Positions 25,961-39,558 are shown, numbered from the whole stretch's first letter. The stretch: DNA of 63,740 nucleotides, filler included, from Octopus bimaculoides (GCF_001194135.2; 7 parts of 7 records of this genome joined end to end with filler, not necessarily neighbours in it); one strand, 5' to 3'. The notes: a model not told the origin generated them from the sequence alone. Numbers and translations are program-made.

Positions 25961-26189
25961 TTTTCTTATATTGACTTTTTAATATATATATATATAACTA
26001 CACGTACGCCGTTGGTGATTTCTTTTTCTTCTTTGGACTTTTCTCTCGCTCATTTCCAACGAAGAGCTGGGTTTGAAACATCAAACTTTTCTTTCACCAA
26101 GCGTCAAGCCAATGCATTTCTTGTGCACATCCTCATGTTCGTTTTTATTCACTTTTTCCATTTATTGAAGTGACTATATATATATAGAT

Positions 26190-26345
26190 AAAACAGCCGA
26201 CAACTGATGAAGGGTCGTTCCTTATGTCACTTGTATTGTTTTCCATTTGTTTCTTTCGTTGTTCACAAAAAAGATCGTATTTCGTACTTCATGTTGTTTA
26301 CGTTCTATGATGTTCTGTAGCCATATATGCATGCGTATATACATA
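26190..26345 (+). repeat. Family Y repeat copy
   Basis: Reverse-complement match to 21370-21520. Confidence 0.65.
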
Positions 26346-26422
26346 TATATGTAAGTACGCACATATATGTACGTATATATGCATATATATATTATTTATA
26401 TTATATATATATATATATATGA

Positions 26423-26546
26423 AAGACAAGGCATAAATAATGGTAATTACACTTTTTATTATTTTTATTGTAGTAAATTTGACTTACAGATATTCAAATT
26501 TACTACAATAAAAAATATGTAATGATCATTATTTATGCTTCGTCTT
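26423..26546. repeat. Palindromic element, ~124 bp
   Basis: Perfect 21-bp arms (26462-26482 / 26494-26514) with an 11-nt loop, plus imperfect outer arms aagacaaggcataaataatggtaattaca / tgtaatgatcattatttatgcttcgtctt. Confidence 0.9.
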
Positions 26547-26745
26547 GTATAACACTGTGTAAGAAAACTGGTATAGCTGGGAACACAACCACAGATTTAT
26601 AATATAGAATGGTGATGAACTATAACCTCGGTCCTGCTACAAGAATAGTTGGAGTTCTTTACTAATCTAAGCAGAAGTGTTAGCCTGATGTACCTAACAG
26701 AGAGCTGATAACGTATTTTGCTCAGATTGATAATCCCTCACTAAC

Positions 26746-26858
<113 letters not shown>

Positions 26859-27154
26859 TATACACACAGAAGCACACACACACACATATATGGTAGGGCC
26901 GTGTATGTGTATGTATATAAAGTCAACTAAAAGTAACACTATAGATATTACATAATGTTATATGTTTTTATTTGCAAATATAAACACATACTGCAGAGCA
27001 AAAACTCAAACAATACAGCTAAGGTGAAGGCAAGTTGCAAATGAAATCGTGTAAACCGTAACAAATGAAATTAATCGAATAGTTAAGTCACTTTAAAATT
27101 ATACTAAACTTTCCATGAAATACAGGGACACTTAAGATAAAAGAGAATAAGTTC

Positions 27155-27635
27155 TAGGCGCAGGCGTGGCTGAGTGGTAAGAAGTTTACTTCCCAACCAT
27201 ATAGTTCCGAGTTCAGTCCCACTGTGTTGTACCTTGGGCAAGTGTCTTCTACAACAACCTCGGGTCGACCAAAGCCTTGTGAGTAGATTTGATAGACTGA
27301 AACTGAAAGAAGCCCGGCATATATATATATATANNNNNNNNNNNNNNNNNNNNNNNNNNNNNNNNNNNNNNNNNNNNNNNNNNNNNNNNNNNNNNNNNNN
27401 NNNNNNNNNNNNNNNNNNNNNNNNNNNNNNNNNNNNNNNNNNNNNNNNNNNNNNNNNNNNNNNNNNNNNNNNNNNNNNNNNNNNNNNNNNNNNNNNNNNN
27501 NNNNNNNNNNNNNNNNNNNNNNNNNNNNNNNNNNNNNNNNAAAAAAAATTACTGGGATGAGTTCATTCGACTAAAACTGCTTCATGCCGGGCCCCAGCAT
27601 AGCCGCAGTCTAATGACTGAAACAAGTAAATGAGA
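27155..27635 (+). mobile_element. Type B SINE with an assembly gap at its internal microsatellite
   Basis: Head gcgtggctgagtggtaagaag..gagttcagtcccactg, CORE-like ccttgggcaagtgtctt, 3' end after the gap. Confidence 0.85.
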
Positions 27636-29540
27636 AATGTTAAAAATACCCAAATGAAGAAAAGTTGGGATGATCAAGCCTGGAATGCCGGTGATACGTC
27701 TAGTTGGCTGAAACTGACCTTGATCTAATCAGCAATTACAGGAAACTTCGTATAATAGCACCTTACCATTCTTATATAAGCAGACCACGTGTTAAGACAT
27801 TATATTTGTATTACTTTCCCTTAAGGGAACCATGATGAATGATGTAACGTGTTTCATACAGGAAGATACCAAACAGTTCACTTCCGGGCCTATTATCATC
27901 GTATACACGTTTATATGCTCAGAGAGTTTCAAGTGTTCGCAATACTATAATATGGATGGAACCATAGATTAAAATACAACTTCCTCAACTATTATAACTA
28001 CATCACGTGTGGGAAGGTAATTCGGTGTAGTAGTCTCGTTGTCTATATATTGGATTTTATAATATTTGGAGTATAAGAATTACATATTTGACACGAGGAT
28101 GCCCTGAAACGTTTTATAATAATAAAGGCGAATAAAGGTATATTAATAAAGGTATATTAATAAAGGTATATTAATTCCTTGCTTCTTCTTTCACTTGTTT
28201 CAGTCGCTGCACTGAAGCCATGCTGGGACATTGCCTTCAAGCGTTTTGGATTGAATAAATCGACATATATACTTATTTTTCTTTTAAAGTATGATACTTA
28301 TNNNNNNNNNNNNNNNNNNNNNNNNNNNNNNNNNNNNNNNNNNNNTTAATTAATTAANNNNNNNNNNNNNNNNNNNNNNNNNNNNNNNNNNNNNNNNNNN
28401 NAGGGTAGCAAAGATCACAAAATGACTGTGGTGTAACTCCTGTTTATGAGGTAGAAACTCCCTGTTATTTTGGGTAATTGAGTAAATATACAAATTTAGT
28501 AAATGGAGTAAAACGCATATGTTAAATGAATTCTTTTATTTCTAACATATGTTTCGAAGATTACAAATTGTACCTTCCAAAGGTGATGTTGATAAGGATG
28601 TAATCTTCTCTTCAGGGAAATACATAGGAACCAGCTTAACCGTAAGACATTTTAACCGAATGTGATAACTGTAGTTAGAGAAGATTGCTACGTAACTTAT
28701 TTGAAAAAAGACCGTTGGAGGTAGCAACGCTAGGAGACAGTACGCTGGGCAAGAAGGGAAGAAAAGAAGGAAAAAAGGAAATTTAGAATTTAGAATTGGG
28801 AGTTAATAAGATGACTTAAACCCGATAAAAATGGAAGAATGTTTTATGTATAATGGGACCGCAAAGGGGAGTTAATCTTGTATTTATACAAGCAGTGTTG
28901 ACATAAATGCCTATAATTATATATATATATATNNNNNNNNNNNNNNNNNNNNNNNNNNNNNNNNNNNNNNNNNNNNNNNNNNNNNNNNNNNNNNNNNNNN
29001 NNNNNNNNNNNNNNNNNNNNNNNNNNNNNNNNNNNNNNNNNNNNNNNNNNNNNNNNNNNNNNNNNNNNNNNNNNNNNNNNNNNNNNNNNNNNNNNNNNNN
29101 NNNNNNNNNNNNNNNNNNNNNNNNNNNNNNNNNNNNNNNNNNNNNNNNNNNNNNNNNNNNNNNNNNNNNNNNNNNNNNNNNNNNNNNNNNNNNNNNNNNN
29201 NNNNNNNNNNNNNNNNNNNNNNNNNNNNNNNNNNNNNNNNNNNNNNNNNNNNNNNNNNNNNNNNNNNNNNNNNNNNNNNNNNNNNNNNNNNNNNNNNNNN
29301 NNNNNNNNNNNNNNNNNNNNNNNNNNNNNNNNNNNNNNNNNNNNNNNNNNNNNNNNNNNNNNNNNNNNNNNNNNNNNNNNNNNNNNNNNNNNNNNNNNNN
29401 NNNNNNNNNNNNNNNNNNNNNNNNNNNNNNNNNNNNNNNNNNNNNNNNNNNNNNNNNNNNNNNNNNNNNNNNNNNNNNNNNNNNNNNNNNNNNNNNNNNN
29501 NNNNNNNNNNNNNNNNNNNNNNNNNNNNNNNNNNNNNNNN

Positions 29541-30819
29541 AACTAGGATTGTTTTCAGAATCTTATATGTGAGCTAAGAAAGTTTAAGAAGACAAATGAA
29601 ATTCCTAGACGTAGAATAATGCCACTAAAATCACTTGAAACAGGATAAATAACTCCTATCTTTGTTGAATAAAGTGAAAGCAGTAAATGAATGATATGGA
29701 TGTACGAAAGAACTTTGAAATCAAATGAATAAGGTTAATTGAGCACAACGTATTGAACATCGTAGGAAGTAATGTTTATGTTAAGTTGAACTGAAAGTAA
29801 TGATTGAGTATATGTTTATAGATGTTATTGGTGTTCTAATTTGGGTTCAAAAATTAAGAGTGTTTCGGTAACAGATATCAAGCGAGATAAGTCTACCATA
29901 CCTTTTTACATATAAAGGTATAATTAACACGTATCGCTTGAATTATTTGAGGAACTAATAGGTTAAAAGGGGAGTTGTCAACGTTATATAAATTAGTATT
30001 TTTTTTACCTGAAGGAAGAAAATACGTGTTGCTGCCAATGTTTACATCTGTATGCGTTTTCGATGAACGTGTTCACCAGTTTATTCTTCGAGAATAAAAT
30101 GAAGAACAGTTCCGTATTGCATTATGGGCAGAATTTCCTACCATTATCATATGGTATAGATGTGGATAGAATTAGCCAGTCTAATTCAAATTTTATGTTG
30201 TCTTTAAGTTCCCAAATTAATTTGCTAAGGCTCGTGGTATTGAGTTTATTTCTATCTCTAAAGGACGAATAATGGTTAGAAATTCTAATGGATATTAGCG
30301 AAGAGGACGATCCAATGTAAAAGGACACATTTGTAGGAGTGCTGACCTGGCATTCATATACAGTGTTTTTGAGTTTGGCATTATCACTTGAAAAACTAAT
30401 TCTTTTGCTATTAACTTCGGAAATAATGATGTTGTTGTTGTAATTATTATTACTATATTTCATATTATAAGTATTGTTCCTTGGGTTATTATTAGTATTA
30501 TTATTGTTATGATAGTAATGGTTTGTATTGTCTGAATTAATGTTATTGCTATCGGTACTCTCTTGTGAATTTAATAGTCTCATATTGTGTGCGGATATTA
30601 TTTGCGAGATGTTTTCAGTGTTTGAGAATCCAAATCTAACCTTATGCGTGTTTATGACTGGGAAATAGTAAGAATGTCTTGGAAAATTCTTATTAACAGC
30701 ATTTCGGAACTGGGAAACCAGATTTGATTTAATTTGTTTTCCAAATGGAATTATCAGCCAGATATTTTTATCAGATTTAGGTTTTGTATGTGTGTTATTA
30801 TTATTTCTAAAGAACTTCA

Positions 30820-30853
<34 letters not shown>

Positions 30854-30909
30854 GAAAAAAGGTTTACATTGTCGGTTACCTCCCCTATAGTGTAAAGAAA
30901 CGTTTGAAC
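29541..30909 (-). mobile_element. Penelope-like element, 3' part (thumb + GIY-YIG endonuclease + 3' region)
   Basis: KNIWLIIPFG..NKNFPRH..KVRFGFSNTENISQIISAHN, then TVYECQV..FYIGSS..RISNHYSSF..TSLSKLIWELKD..WLILST..YDNGRKFC (GIY-YIG of Neptune-like PLEs). Confidence 0.85.
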
Positions 30910-31215
30910 TAGCATGAACTACATTGAGCCAAATNNNNNNNNNNNNNNNNNNNNNNNNNNNNNNNNNNNNNNNNNNNNNNNNNNNNNNNNNNNNNNNNNN
31001 NNNNNNNNNNNNNNNNNNNNNNNNNNNNNNNNNNNNNNNNNNNNNNNNNNNNNNNNNNNNNNNNNNNNNNNNNNNNNNNNNNNNNNNNNNNNNNNNNNNN
31101 NNNNNNNNNNNNNNNNNNNNNNNNNNNNNNNNNNNNNNNNNNNNNNNNNNNNNNNNNNNNNNNNNNNNNNNNNNNNNNNNNNNNNNNNNNNNNNNNNNNN
31201 NNNNNNNNNNNNNNN

Positions 31216-31280
<65 letters not shown>

Positions 31281-31317
31281 TGTGTGCACACTTCATCGAT
31301 ATTAACATGAATCTTAG

Positions 31318-32330
31318 CACAGGCAAATTTAAATTCCACAATAAACCAAATGAAGAAATCTCGTGCATGCACATAGGCTCCAACCTCCCACCAGTAGTCA
31401 TTGAATAACTAGTTAACAACATTAGTAGGCGTGTCTCCAATTTATTCGCCGATAAAGACACTTTTGAAAAAACTGCCTCATACTATAATGCTGCATTAGA
31501 AAGGTCCAACATCAAGAATAGCATGAACTACATTGAGCCAAATACAGATAAACTGAAAAGAAGTAGATAAAGGAAGATCTTATAGTTTAACCCACCTCAT
31601 AGCGTGAATGTTGTATCTAGCATAGCTAGGAAATTCTTAAAACTAATAGACAATCAATATCTACATTCACACAAATACCACATGATCTTCAACTGTAATA
31701 CAGTTAAAGTTAGTTATAATTGCCTCCTTAATATAGGGTCAGTAATACTCAACCACAATAAAAATAAACACACCAGAAACACCCCTGAAAGACAAGGTAG
31801 CTGCAGATCTTCAAATCGCTGTCCTTTATACAATAACTGTCTCGAAAACGAACCTATATACATGGCCACAATCATAGATCCCAACGGGCAGCTCATTCAA
31901 GGAAAGGTACACACAACACCTGACGTCATTCAGAGAAAAAAAACAACAACAAAAGACATGTAACATCCCTGTCCAATATGATATGGGCATTAAAAGAAGG
32001 TAAAGTAAGTAACCCCTAGATAAAATGGAACATCATTGGTAAAACCAGAATACAGAGGACGAGGTACCAAATGTGAGCTCTACATCCCTGAAGTAAATAT
32101 CACACAGTCAATAGATAACATCCTAAGTATTAGAGATGAAATCTTCTCAACCTGCATATACACAAGCAATATTTCACACTTAGACACTTTGAAAGAACCA
32201 TCACCTGCGCTGCTAATCTCACCAGGACAGCCTCTTTCCTGAACGCAAAATCTGAATATACACAACACACAGGAGAAATATTCCCCATGGCGAACTACCT
32301 CAGCACACAAGCATACGAAAATCACATACA
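31318..32330 (+). mobile_element. Penelope-like fragment, second family
   Basis: NKPNEEISCMHIGSNLPP, FNPPHSVNV..KFLKLID..IFNCNTVKVSYNC..NHN, CRSSNRCPLYNNCL..IYMATI, KWNIIG..GTKCEL. Degenerate. Confidence 0.85.
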
Positions 32331-32719
32331 TCTAGAATACAGTATAAGATAATGCAAAAAAAAAAAAATATTACCATCCAACATGACTGTTTTCCCAAGA
32401 GAAATAACCACTCAAAAGATGTCATCCAGGAGCAGTGCCCCTTGATTTATTCTTATCTTTACGAGGATCTCCTTGAATGAGACTGTGTTTTCATCTAAAA
32501 TGGAGACGAACACCATTCCTCCATGTGATTGACTTGAAAAATTAAGATAAGATATTTTTCTTAACATGAAACCAATGGTAGCCTTAATACACTAATAAAG
32601 AAATTGTGTTCATCAATACAGTGTTCTGATTTTCTTCATTCTATCTNNNNNNNNNNNNNNNNNNNNNNNNNNNNNNNNNNNNNNNNNNNNNNNNNNNNNN
32701 NNNNNNNNNNNNNNNNNNN

Positions 32720-32767
<48 letters not shown>

Positions 32768-34299
32768 GTGTGTGTGTGTGTGTGTGTATACAATTTTTTT
32801 GTTAAAGCTGCAAACCCTGTAGGATTTGTTACAAGATTCCTGAAGAAATGAGTCCTGTATCCCAAAATCTGTTGCCTCTGTAGACATTCCACTTGGTCTT
32901 CCGACATTTTCATGAAGTTATTCAATGAAACCATTTCTATTCGATCGCTTCAATTGTTATTAGAGTTAATAGCTCAAAGTGCAAAATTTCTAAATCGTAC
33001 AGTCTTCATTTTATTGTTGAATTCATTTCAAATACTTAAGGTTTTAACCTTTATCTTTGACCGAATTTGATATTCGATCGATACATTCTTTTTGTTTTCT
33101 TCAAGCATTTTCTTGCTATTCTTACTTTTTCATTTATGAATATTTCTGAGTTTGGTTCAAATGTAGAATTTTTATGTAAATATTTTGTCTGAACCCTAGT
33201 TCGGAAGAGAATGGGTGAGTATGAATGGCATTTAAAAACCATTTCAGTTATCATATCTGTTCCATGTGTTTTGCTTTGTTCTTAGAATTGTACTCTATAT
33301 TTTACTTTTCTTTTGTTCTCCAAGCTTTAGGTACTAGATTCCATACTTTCTAAAAGTATTCTCTCTGAATTAATGGCTCAGTATCCTCTCGAAATATTTG
33401 TATACCCATTTGCTTAATACTACAGAAACCAAGATTAAAATATCCGCCTTTTAGACACCTGAAAGAAATCACAAATTTGTTTCTAAATAGTATATTTGAA
33501 GAGGTGTGAAACGTTGTGAAGAACAAAAATATAAAATAACAAATAAGATCCAGGAATGGATCGTATTGTTATTTAATTTAACAGTACTCCTGAAAATGTC
33601 CAACTAAATGAACTAAATCAACGAAATATTAATGTCTTAAATGAGACTAGAAGGTTATTCTCGAGATCAAATTAGTGGAGGATGCTTTATCTCTAACAAG
33701 TGCAAAACGGAGAATGTTTGATTTTCCCCATAATAGTTTAGAGGAAGAGTGAACAAAAAAACATGTTTTCTCAACATATGATGTGGTTCCAATTGGGAAT
33801 AGAAACAAAACCACCAATGAATCATACACAATAGTTTACTTTATACCACACCAGTATTTGAGAACAATTTATATTCAAGTTTAAAAGTTGTTGTTCGTTA
33901 AAATAATATGATTAACAATAAATTATAGAAAAGTTTATAATATCACGAATGTAGTCATTGAAAAATATGGTCAAACAATTACTTTCTCACGGTATTGGAA
34001 AGTCGATTGCTGATCCACATTAAATAAAAATAAACGAATGAAATAATTCTAAATGGAAAACACATACCGAAAATTAAACATATATGGCTGACAACAGATG
34101 CAAATACTTTCAATGGCTAACGATAAAATGAGAAATTAAAATCAAAAGAAGGTTCATTACGGCACATCACATAAAATTATGGTTTGCATGTGCAGTTGAC
34201 TATCTATAGTTCATATGATTTTTCCAGTTTCATCATTAAAAACCATGAAAGAATTGAGGGGAAGAAACTAGCAAAAATACAAAATAATGAGCATTTCCA

Positions 34300-35345
34300 C
34301 TATTAATATTCTTACTATCACTGTTACGACAACCATCAAACATTACCATCACGCAAGTGCCACCATCACTATCTACAAAATAACATCACTCTTACTGCCA
34401 TGAAAACAACTACAACCCTAAATTTACTGAAAAAAAAAAATCAAAATCACAACAGAAAAACAAAAGAAACTACAACAGCAACGGCAAGAAGAGAAAAACC
34501 CTAACCCGAACCATCGACATCATGGCTAGGAAAACAAATGATTTCCAAAATAATTATGTCTTAAAAACAGAGAGAAAAATCAACTATAGTAGTGACATGA
34601 AGTACTACTATTAATGATAACTAGTATCAACAGCAGACTAACCTCCCCATCATGATCATCATGATCATCATCATCATCGTCGTCGCCGTCGTCGTCGTCA
34701 TCGTCGTCATCATCGTTATCGTCATCATCATCAACATCAACAGCACATCATCATTATCATCTTCATCGTCGTCGTCATCATCATCATCATTATCATCATC
34801 ATCATCATCAGCAGCAGCAGCAGCATTGCTACATCACCACCATTGCTACCATTATTACCATCATCATAATTATGGGAAGCAGCAACAGAGTCTACAGCAA
34901 CAAGAGTAACTGCAGAGGGCAAATTGTAACTGTAGCAACATGTCCGTCAAGTCCACTATGAAATATCGTTGCTACCAGCAACAACAACGAATGCAAAAAT
35001 TTCATAATAATAAATGCATTACCAACAATAACAACACCGATCAATTTCACAAAAACAACAAGGAAACCACAATTACAACATCACTATAACAACAAAATCA
35101 ATAATGACCACAAATTCGAAGCATAACGCAATTGCAAGAACAGTCTCCACAGATTTTAATGGCAACAATAGCGGCAGCAAGAACAATTTCAACAGGAATC
35201 GTACCAAAAACATCTATACCAAAAACAAGAGCAACACCAAGGAGACGAGCAGCATAATTACTACCAAAAACTAATCACTAATGACAACACCAAAACCAAT
35301 AAAAACATCAATAATAAATAATAGCAAAATAACAACGTTTATAAG
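34300..35345. repeat. Degenerate (AAC/ATC/AGC)n low-complexity tract
   Basis: Purine- and C-rich trinucleotide-derived sequence including (ATC)n and (GTC)n cores. Confidence 0.8.
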
Positions 35346-35683
35346 AAAAAAAATACAAATACAACAAATATCTCAACGTTACAAATCGACATCTTCACTA
35401 CATTAGATGCCATTTCTTTGTAGAAGAAGCCATTTTCCCCCGAGCCTGCTTCCAAAAGATAGTATCACATCCAGCATTCAAGAGCAGGCTTGGCTGATGC
35501 CCGGATGCGCTAAAATATTCATAGTCATGTTGAGCATCATACGTAGACATGTGTTTGCATGTGCGCGTGTGCGCGTGTGTACGTGCGCGCGCGCGTGTCT
35601 GTGTATGTGTGTGTGTATAAAGCATACACACATATTTACACATATACAAGCACATATATTTACGCACATACATATATATATGT

Positions 35684-35750
<67 letters not shown>

Positions 35751-35884
35751 TATATTTATACATATGGCAATATACGTATACTTTTTATATACCTATCTTT
35801 GAACACGAGAATATTCAAAACCTATTTATCAACATGCAATCGCTTCCTTTTTTGTCATTCTTATATTATGCTTGTGTGTGTGTA

Positions 35885-35926
<42 letters not shown>

Positions 35927-36314
35927 TGTGTGTGTGTGTGCGTGTGTGTGTGTGTGTGTGTGAACTGCCAGATTTATTAGAATGTTGATAGAATTTCTCT
36001 TGGTATACGCTTCGACTCTCTGCGAGACGGACGTCAGCTTCGCCTCTCGGTTTTTTCGGAATCGATAAAAAAGTGCCATTCCAGACTTGTGGATTGTGAG
36101 AATTATGAGATCGTTGGTAGGAATGCGTTGCGATGTCTGTTCAGGATGCATTCATTCTGAGTTCTAATCCCAACTATCCTATCCCATCACAGATGCACAG
36201 TGACACATGTCATCAGTGGCGATCGACACATGGCATCAACAAATTGGAAAACCAATAGAAACAGTTCCCTTCGATCGATTGGAAGATTGACTACCACTAC
36301 CACTGCTGCTGCTG

Positions 36315-36370
<56 letters not shown>

Positions 36371-36474
36371 CCTGCTGCTGCTGCTACTACTACTACAACT
36401 ACTGCTGCTGCTGCTGCCAATACGACACACACGAACTCTCCCTCTCCCTCTCTCTCTCTCTCACACACACATGC

Positions 36475-36650
36475 ATATAGCCTTCTTTCAGCTTCCGTTT
36501 ACTAGATTTGCTCACAAGATTTTGTGTTAGATCGAGAATATAGTAGAAGACACTTGCCTTCCCAATCTGCCACACAGTAGGACTGAACCCAGATCCATAA
36601 TCATGTGGCAGGGAAGCAAGCTTCTTACCACAAACCCATGGTTCTGCCTG
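36475..36650 (-). mobile_element. Type B SINE, 5' half
   Basis: gtagaagacacttgcc..ggactgaaccca..gggaagcaagcttcttaccaca. Confidence 0.75.
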
Positions 36651-36756
36651 TCAAAGAATAATAAGAAAAAGGGAGGAGGAGAATTTCGATTATCCCCACG
36701 TGGTGAGTAGTAATGCAGAAAAAATATATATAAAAGAAAAGAAGGATAATGTAAGT

Positions 36757-36988
36757 AGTTTACATAGTTTTAATTTATCTTTTGATATATTTTATAAGTG
36801 AAAGAATATTGTTTGTCGACCGGTTTCGCTTTCGCTAATCTTGACATTGAAATTATTGTAATTTCGTATTTTCTTAAAATTTTAGTCCATGTTTTGTGTG
36901 AAGAAGTTTGTCAAGGAATGATTCAACATGTTGAAAAGTCTACGGAGAGGTAATTATTACTGGGGACAGGGAAGGTAATTGCTCATAT
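36757..36988 (-). repeat. Left arm of an inverted repeat flanking a Penelope element (pLTR-like)
   Basis: Reverse complement aligns over its length with 39041-39265 (atatgagcaattac.ttccct.tccc.., aagaaaatac.aaattacaat.atttcaatgtca, gtcgacaaaca, ttaaaacta.gtaaact). Confidence 0.85.
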
Positions 36989-37099
36989 TTCGGGGTGGGG
37001 GAAGGGAAACTACGACTCACAAAAACACTAACTGATTACAACAACGAAGCAATTAACTTCCATTTAAAGATAGGGATAAAGCATTATATTACTTTTGCG

Positions 37100-38890
37100 A
37101 CCATATCCAGAATACTTTCCATAAGCGAAACATTAATTCAAACATGAACAATCTAGAATGGAAAAATCTAATTGAACTAGAAAGCAATAAAGAACTGACA
37201 ATTAATGAAGCAGACAAAGGAAGTGCTGTAGTCCTGATGGACACAGAATACTACAAAAACCTAGTATTATGCATGCTAGAAAACGGTAATTTCTGCGAAA
37301 AAGTTGTAAACTATAAACAACAAAAACCAATGAAAAAGCTTACACCCTTAATTCATTTACATGGAAAAGGCCTAACAGAAAAAGAAACAGATTATATCAC
37401 GAACTTTAAATATAAACCTAGTCTTTTTTACGGCCTACCTGAAATACACAAGAGCAAGATAATTAATGAAGCCTGCAATCACCAGGCAAATACATAAATA
37501 TGCTAGAGCCAGAAGATTTAAAGATAAGACCCATTATAGCTGGCTCAGCCTGTGAAACCCACAGCTTAATCAATTTTCTAGACATCCTATTGAAACCCTT
37601 GCTGAAATACATCAAAAGTTTTACTAGAGACGATCTAGACATGCTTCAGTATCTACCAAAAACAATTAATGAAGAGACATTATTGATTTCCTTCGATGTT
37701 ATTAATCTTTACACCAACATCCCACATGACTATGGAATAGAAGCAATAAAATTTTGGCTGGAAAAATATCCTGAAGTACTTTCGAAACGCATAAACCATG
37801 TTTTTATTATTGAAACTTTAAAATTTATACTCCAGAACAATTATGTCCTATTTAATGGCGCCTACTATCGCCAAAAATGCGCATGGAAACGAAAGCAGCC
37901 CCTGTTCTTACGAACCTAATAATGAGATATTTTGAATTCACTGTATATGCAGTGTCACTGCAAAAATATGTATATCTGTTTCACCATTATATAAGAGAGA
38001 ACTGAAAAAGATACCTAAATGACTGTTTTATCAGTTGGGAGGAAACCATTCATAGACTTTTGGAATTTAAATCAATACTAAATAATATAAGCCCAAACAG
38101 TCAAGTTACAATAGAATATAGCAAAGAACAACTCTCTTTCTTATGATAAAAAAGAAGTCAGCAACCAGATTATAACTGACAGATTATAACGGACTCGAAA
38201 CGATATCTTCTCTCTAGCTCAAGCACCCGAAACACATCAAAAGGAATATCCTCTTTAATTTAGCAAAAAGGATTTGTACAATGTCTGATGGAAATATCGG
38301 GACATCTGTCTTCAAGACTTCAGAACAACACTCACTGGAAGACAGTATCCACCCTCACTTATAGACGATGGAATTAAGCGTGCCAAGAAATTATGCATTA
38401 AACCACTAAGCGAAACGAAACGTAACGCCACACCTCATCTCAAAGTACTACCGTATATATTAACGCACAACCCTAGAAACAATGAGGCATACAATACACC
38501 CAAACTGTGGAACATGCTCCAACCTACTGGAAGGCTTGAAATTTCTATTCAAACATGTAGTGAGGTTCACAATTAAAATCAATTTCACTTCTGCTTCCGA
38601 GAATCTAATTTATATTATAACCTGCTCAGGTTGTAGACATAGCTATATAAGACGGAAAGTATGACACGGAAACGGAGAACCACACTACATAAGGAACAGA
38701 TCCGGTTCCCGCAATACAGACAAATTCCTTTCAGTGAACAGATAGAGAGATGTGCAGGCAATATCCAACCAAACTTCACAGTTTTCTCCATCTGCCAGTG
38801 CAAAGAAACAATTCCTGTACATGAACGTTTAAATAAAGAAAATTTGTTCATCGAAAAATACAGAACACGTCTAAATATGAACGCATAACC
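37100..38890 (+). mobile_element. Degenerate Penelope-like element: RT plus GIY-YIG endonuclease
   Basis: INEADKGSAVVLMD, FYGLPEIHK, IRPIIAG, SFDVINLYTNIPHD, NYVLFNGAYYRQ (PLE RT motifs); CGTC..FTSASENLIYIITCSGCRHSYI..RTTLHKEQIR..ENLFIEKYRTRLN* (GIY-YIG). Stops and frameshifts present. Confidence 0.92.
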
Positions 38891-39040
38891 GACTTTGGCC
38901 TCAGTATATATTTTAATTTATGATCACATACCAATCACTGCACATATTTCATCTCACAACTTTAGCTTTTGAGTTTTCGTATATATACATATTTATCTCC
39001 CCGTATAAGAATATATATANNNNNNNNNNTATATATCCAT

Positions 39041-39265
39041 ATATGAGCAATTACTTTCCCTATCCCTAATAATAATGGTCACCAATTACCTCCCCTTAGA
39101 TTTTTCTACTTGTTCAATCATTCATTCACAAATTTCTCCACACACAGCATAAGAAAATACAAAATTACAATCATTTCAATGTCATGGTTGGTGGAAGCAG
39201 TCGACAAACACAAAACTCTTTCATTTACAAAATGCATTAAAAAATATATTAAAACTACGTAAACT
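39041..39265 (+). repeat. Right arm of the inverted repeat flanking the Penelope element
   Basis: See 36757-36988. Confidence 0.85.
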
Positions 39266-39284
39266 GTGTGCATCTTCCTTCTTT

Positions 39285-39324
<40 letters not shown>

Positions 39325-39558
39325 TGTAAAAAGTAATATATGTCGCCACTTTAGCATGGCTGTTCCGTACGAATGGATGTTACTGTGATGTTTTAATCCC
39401 AAAAAGACATTTCCCCTATCTGGTTAACGATGCAACCTGCATCCGATGTATTGCACGCTGATATATACATATATATATATATATACACGTACACATGTAT
39501 ATATACACATGATTTGTTTTGCAAGAGTCCTGCTGAGTGACTCTTTGTGTTGAAACAG

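Noticed and set aside
26190-26250. CTGATGA followed by a small stem in the family Y repeat
   Set aside because: No GAAA or helix III follows; not a hammerhead as written.
28127-28175. Three copies of the 14-mer aataaaggtatatt
   Set aside because: Simple local slippage without spacers; not CRISPR-like or otherwise informative.
32400-33900. Non-repetitive stretches with short ORFs and possible splice sites
   Set aside because: No motif recognised and no consistent exon phase; cannot distinguish from old TE debris without a search.
34652-36505. Poly-S/H/Q/T/V ORFs
   Set aside because: Translations of trinucleotide microsatellites with no non-repetitive coding context.
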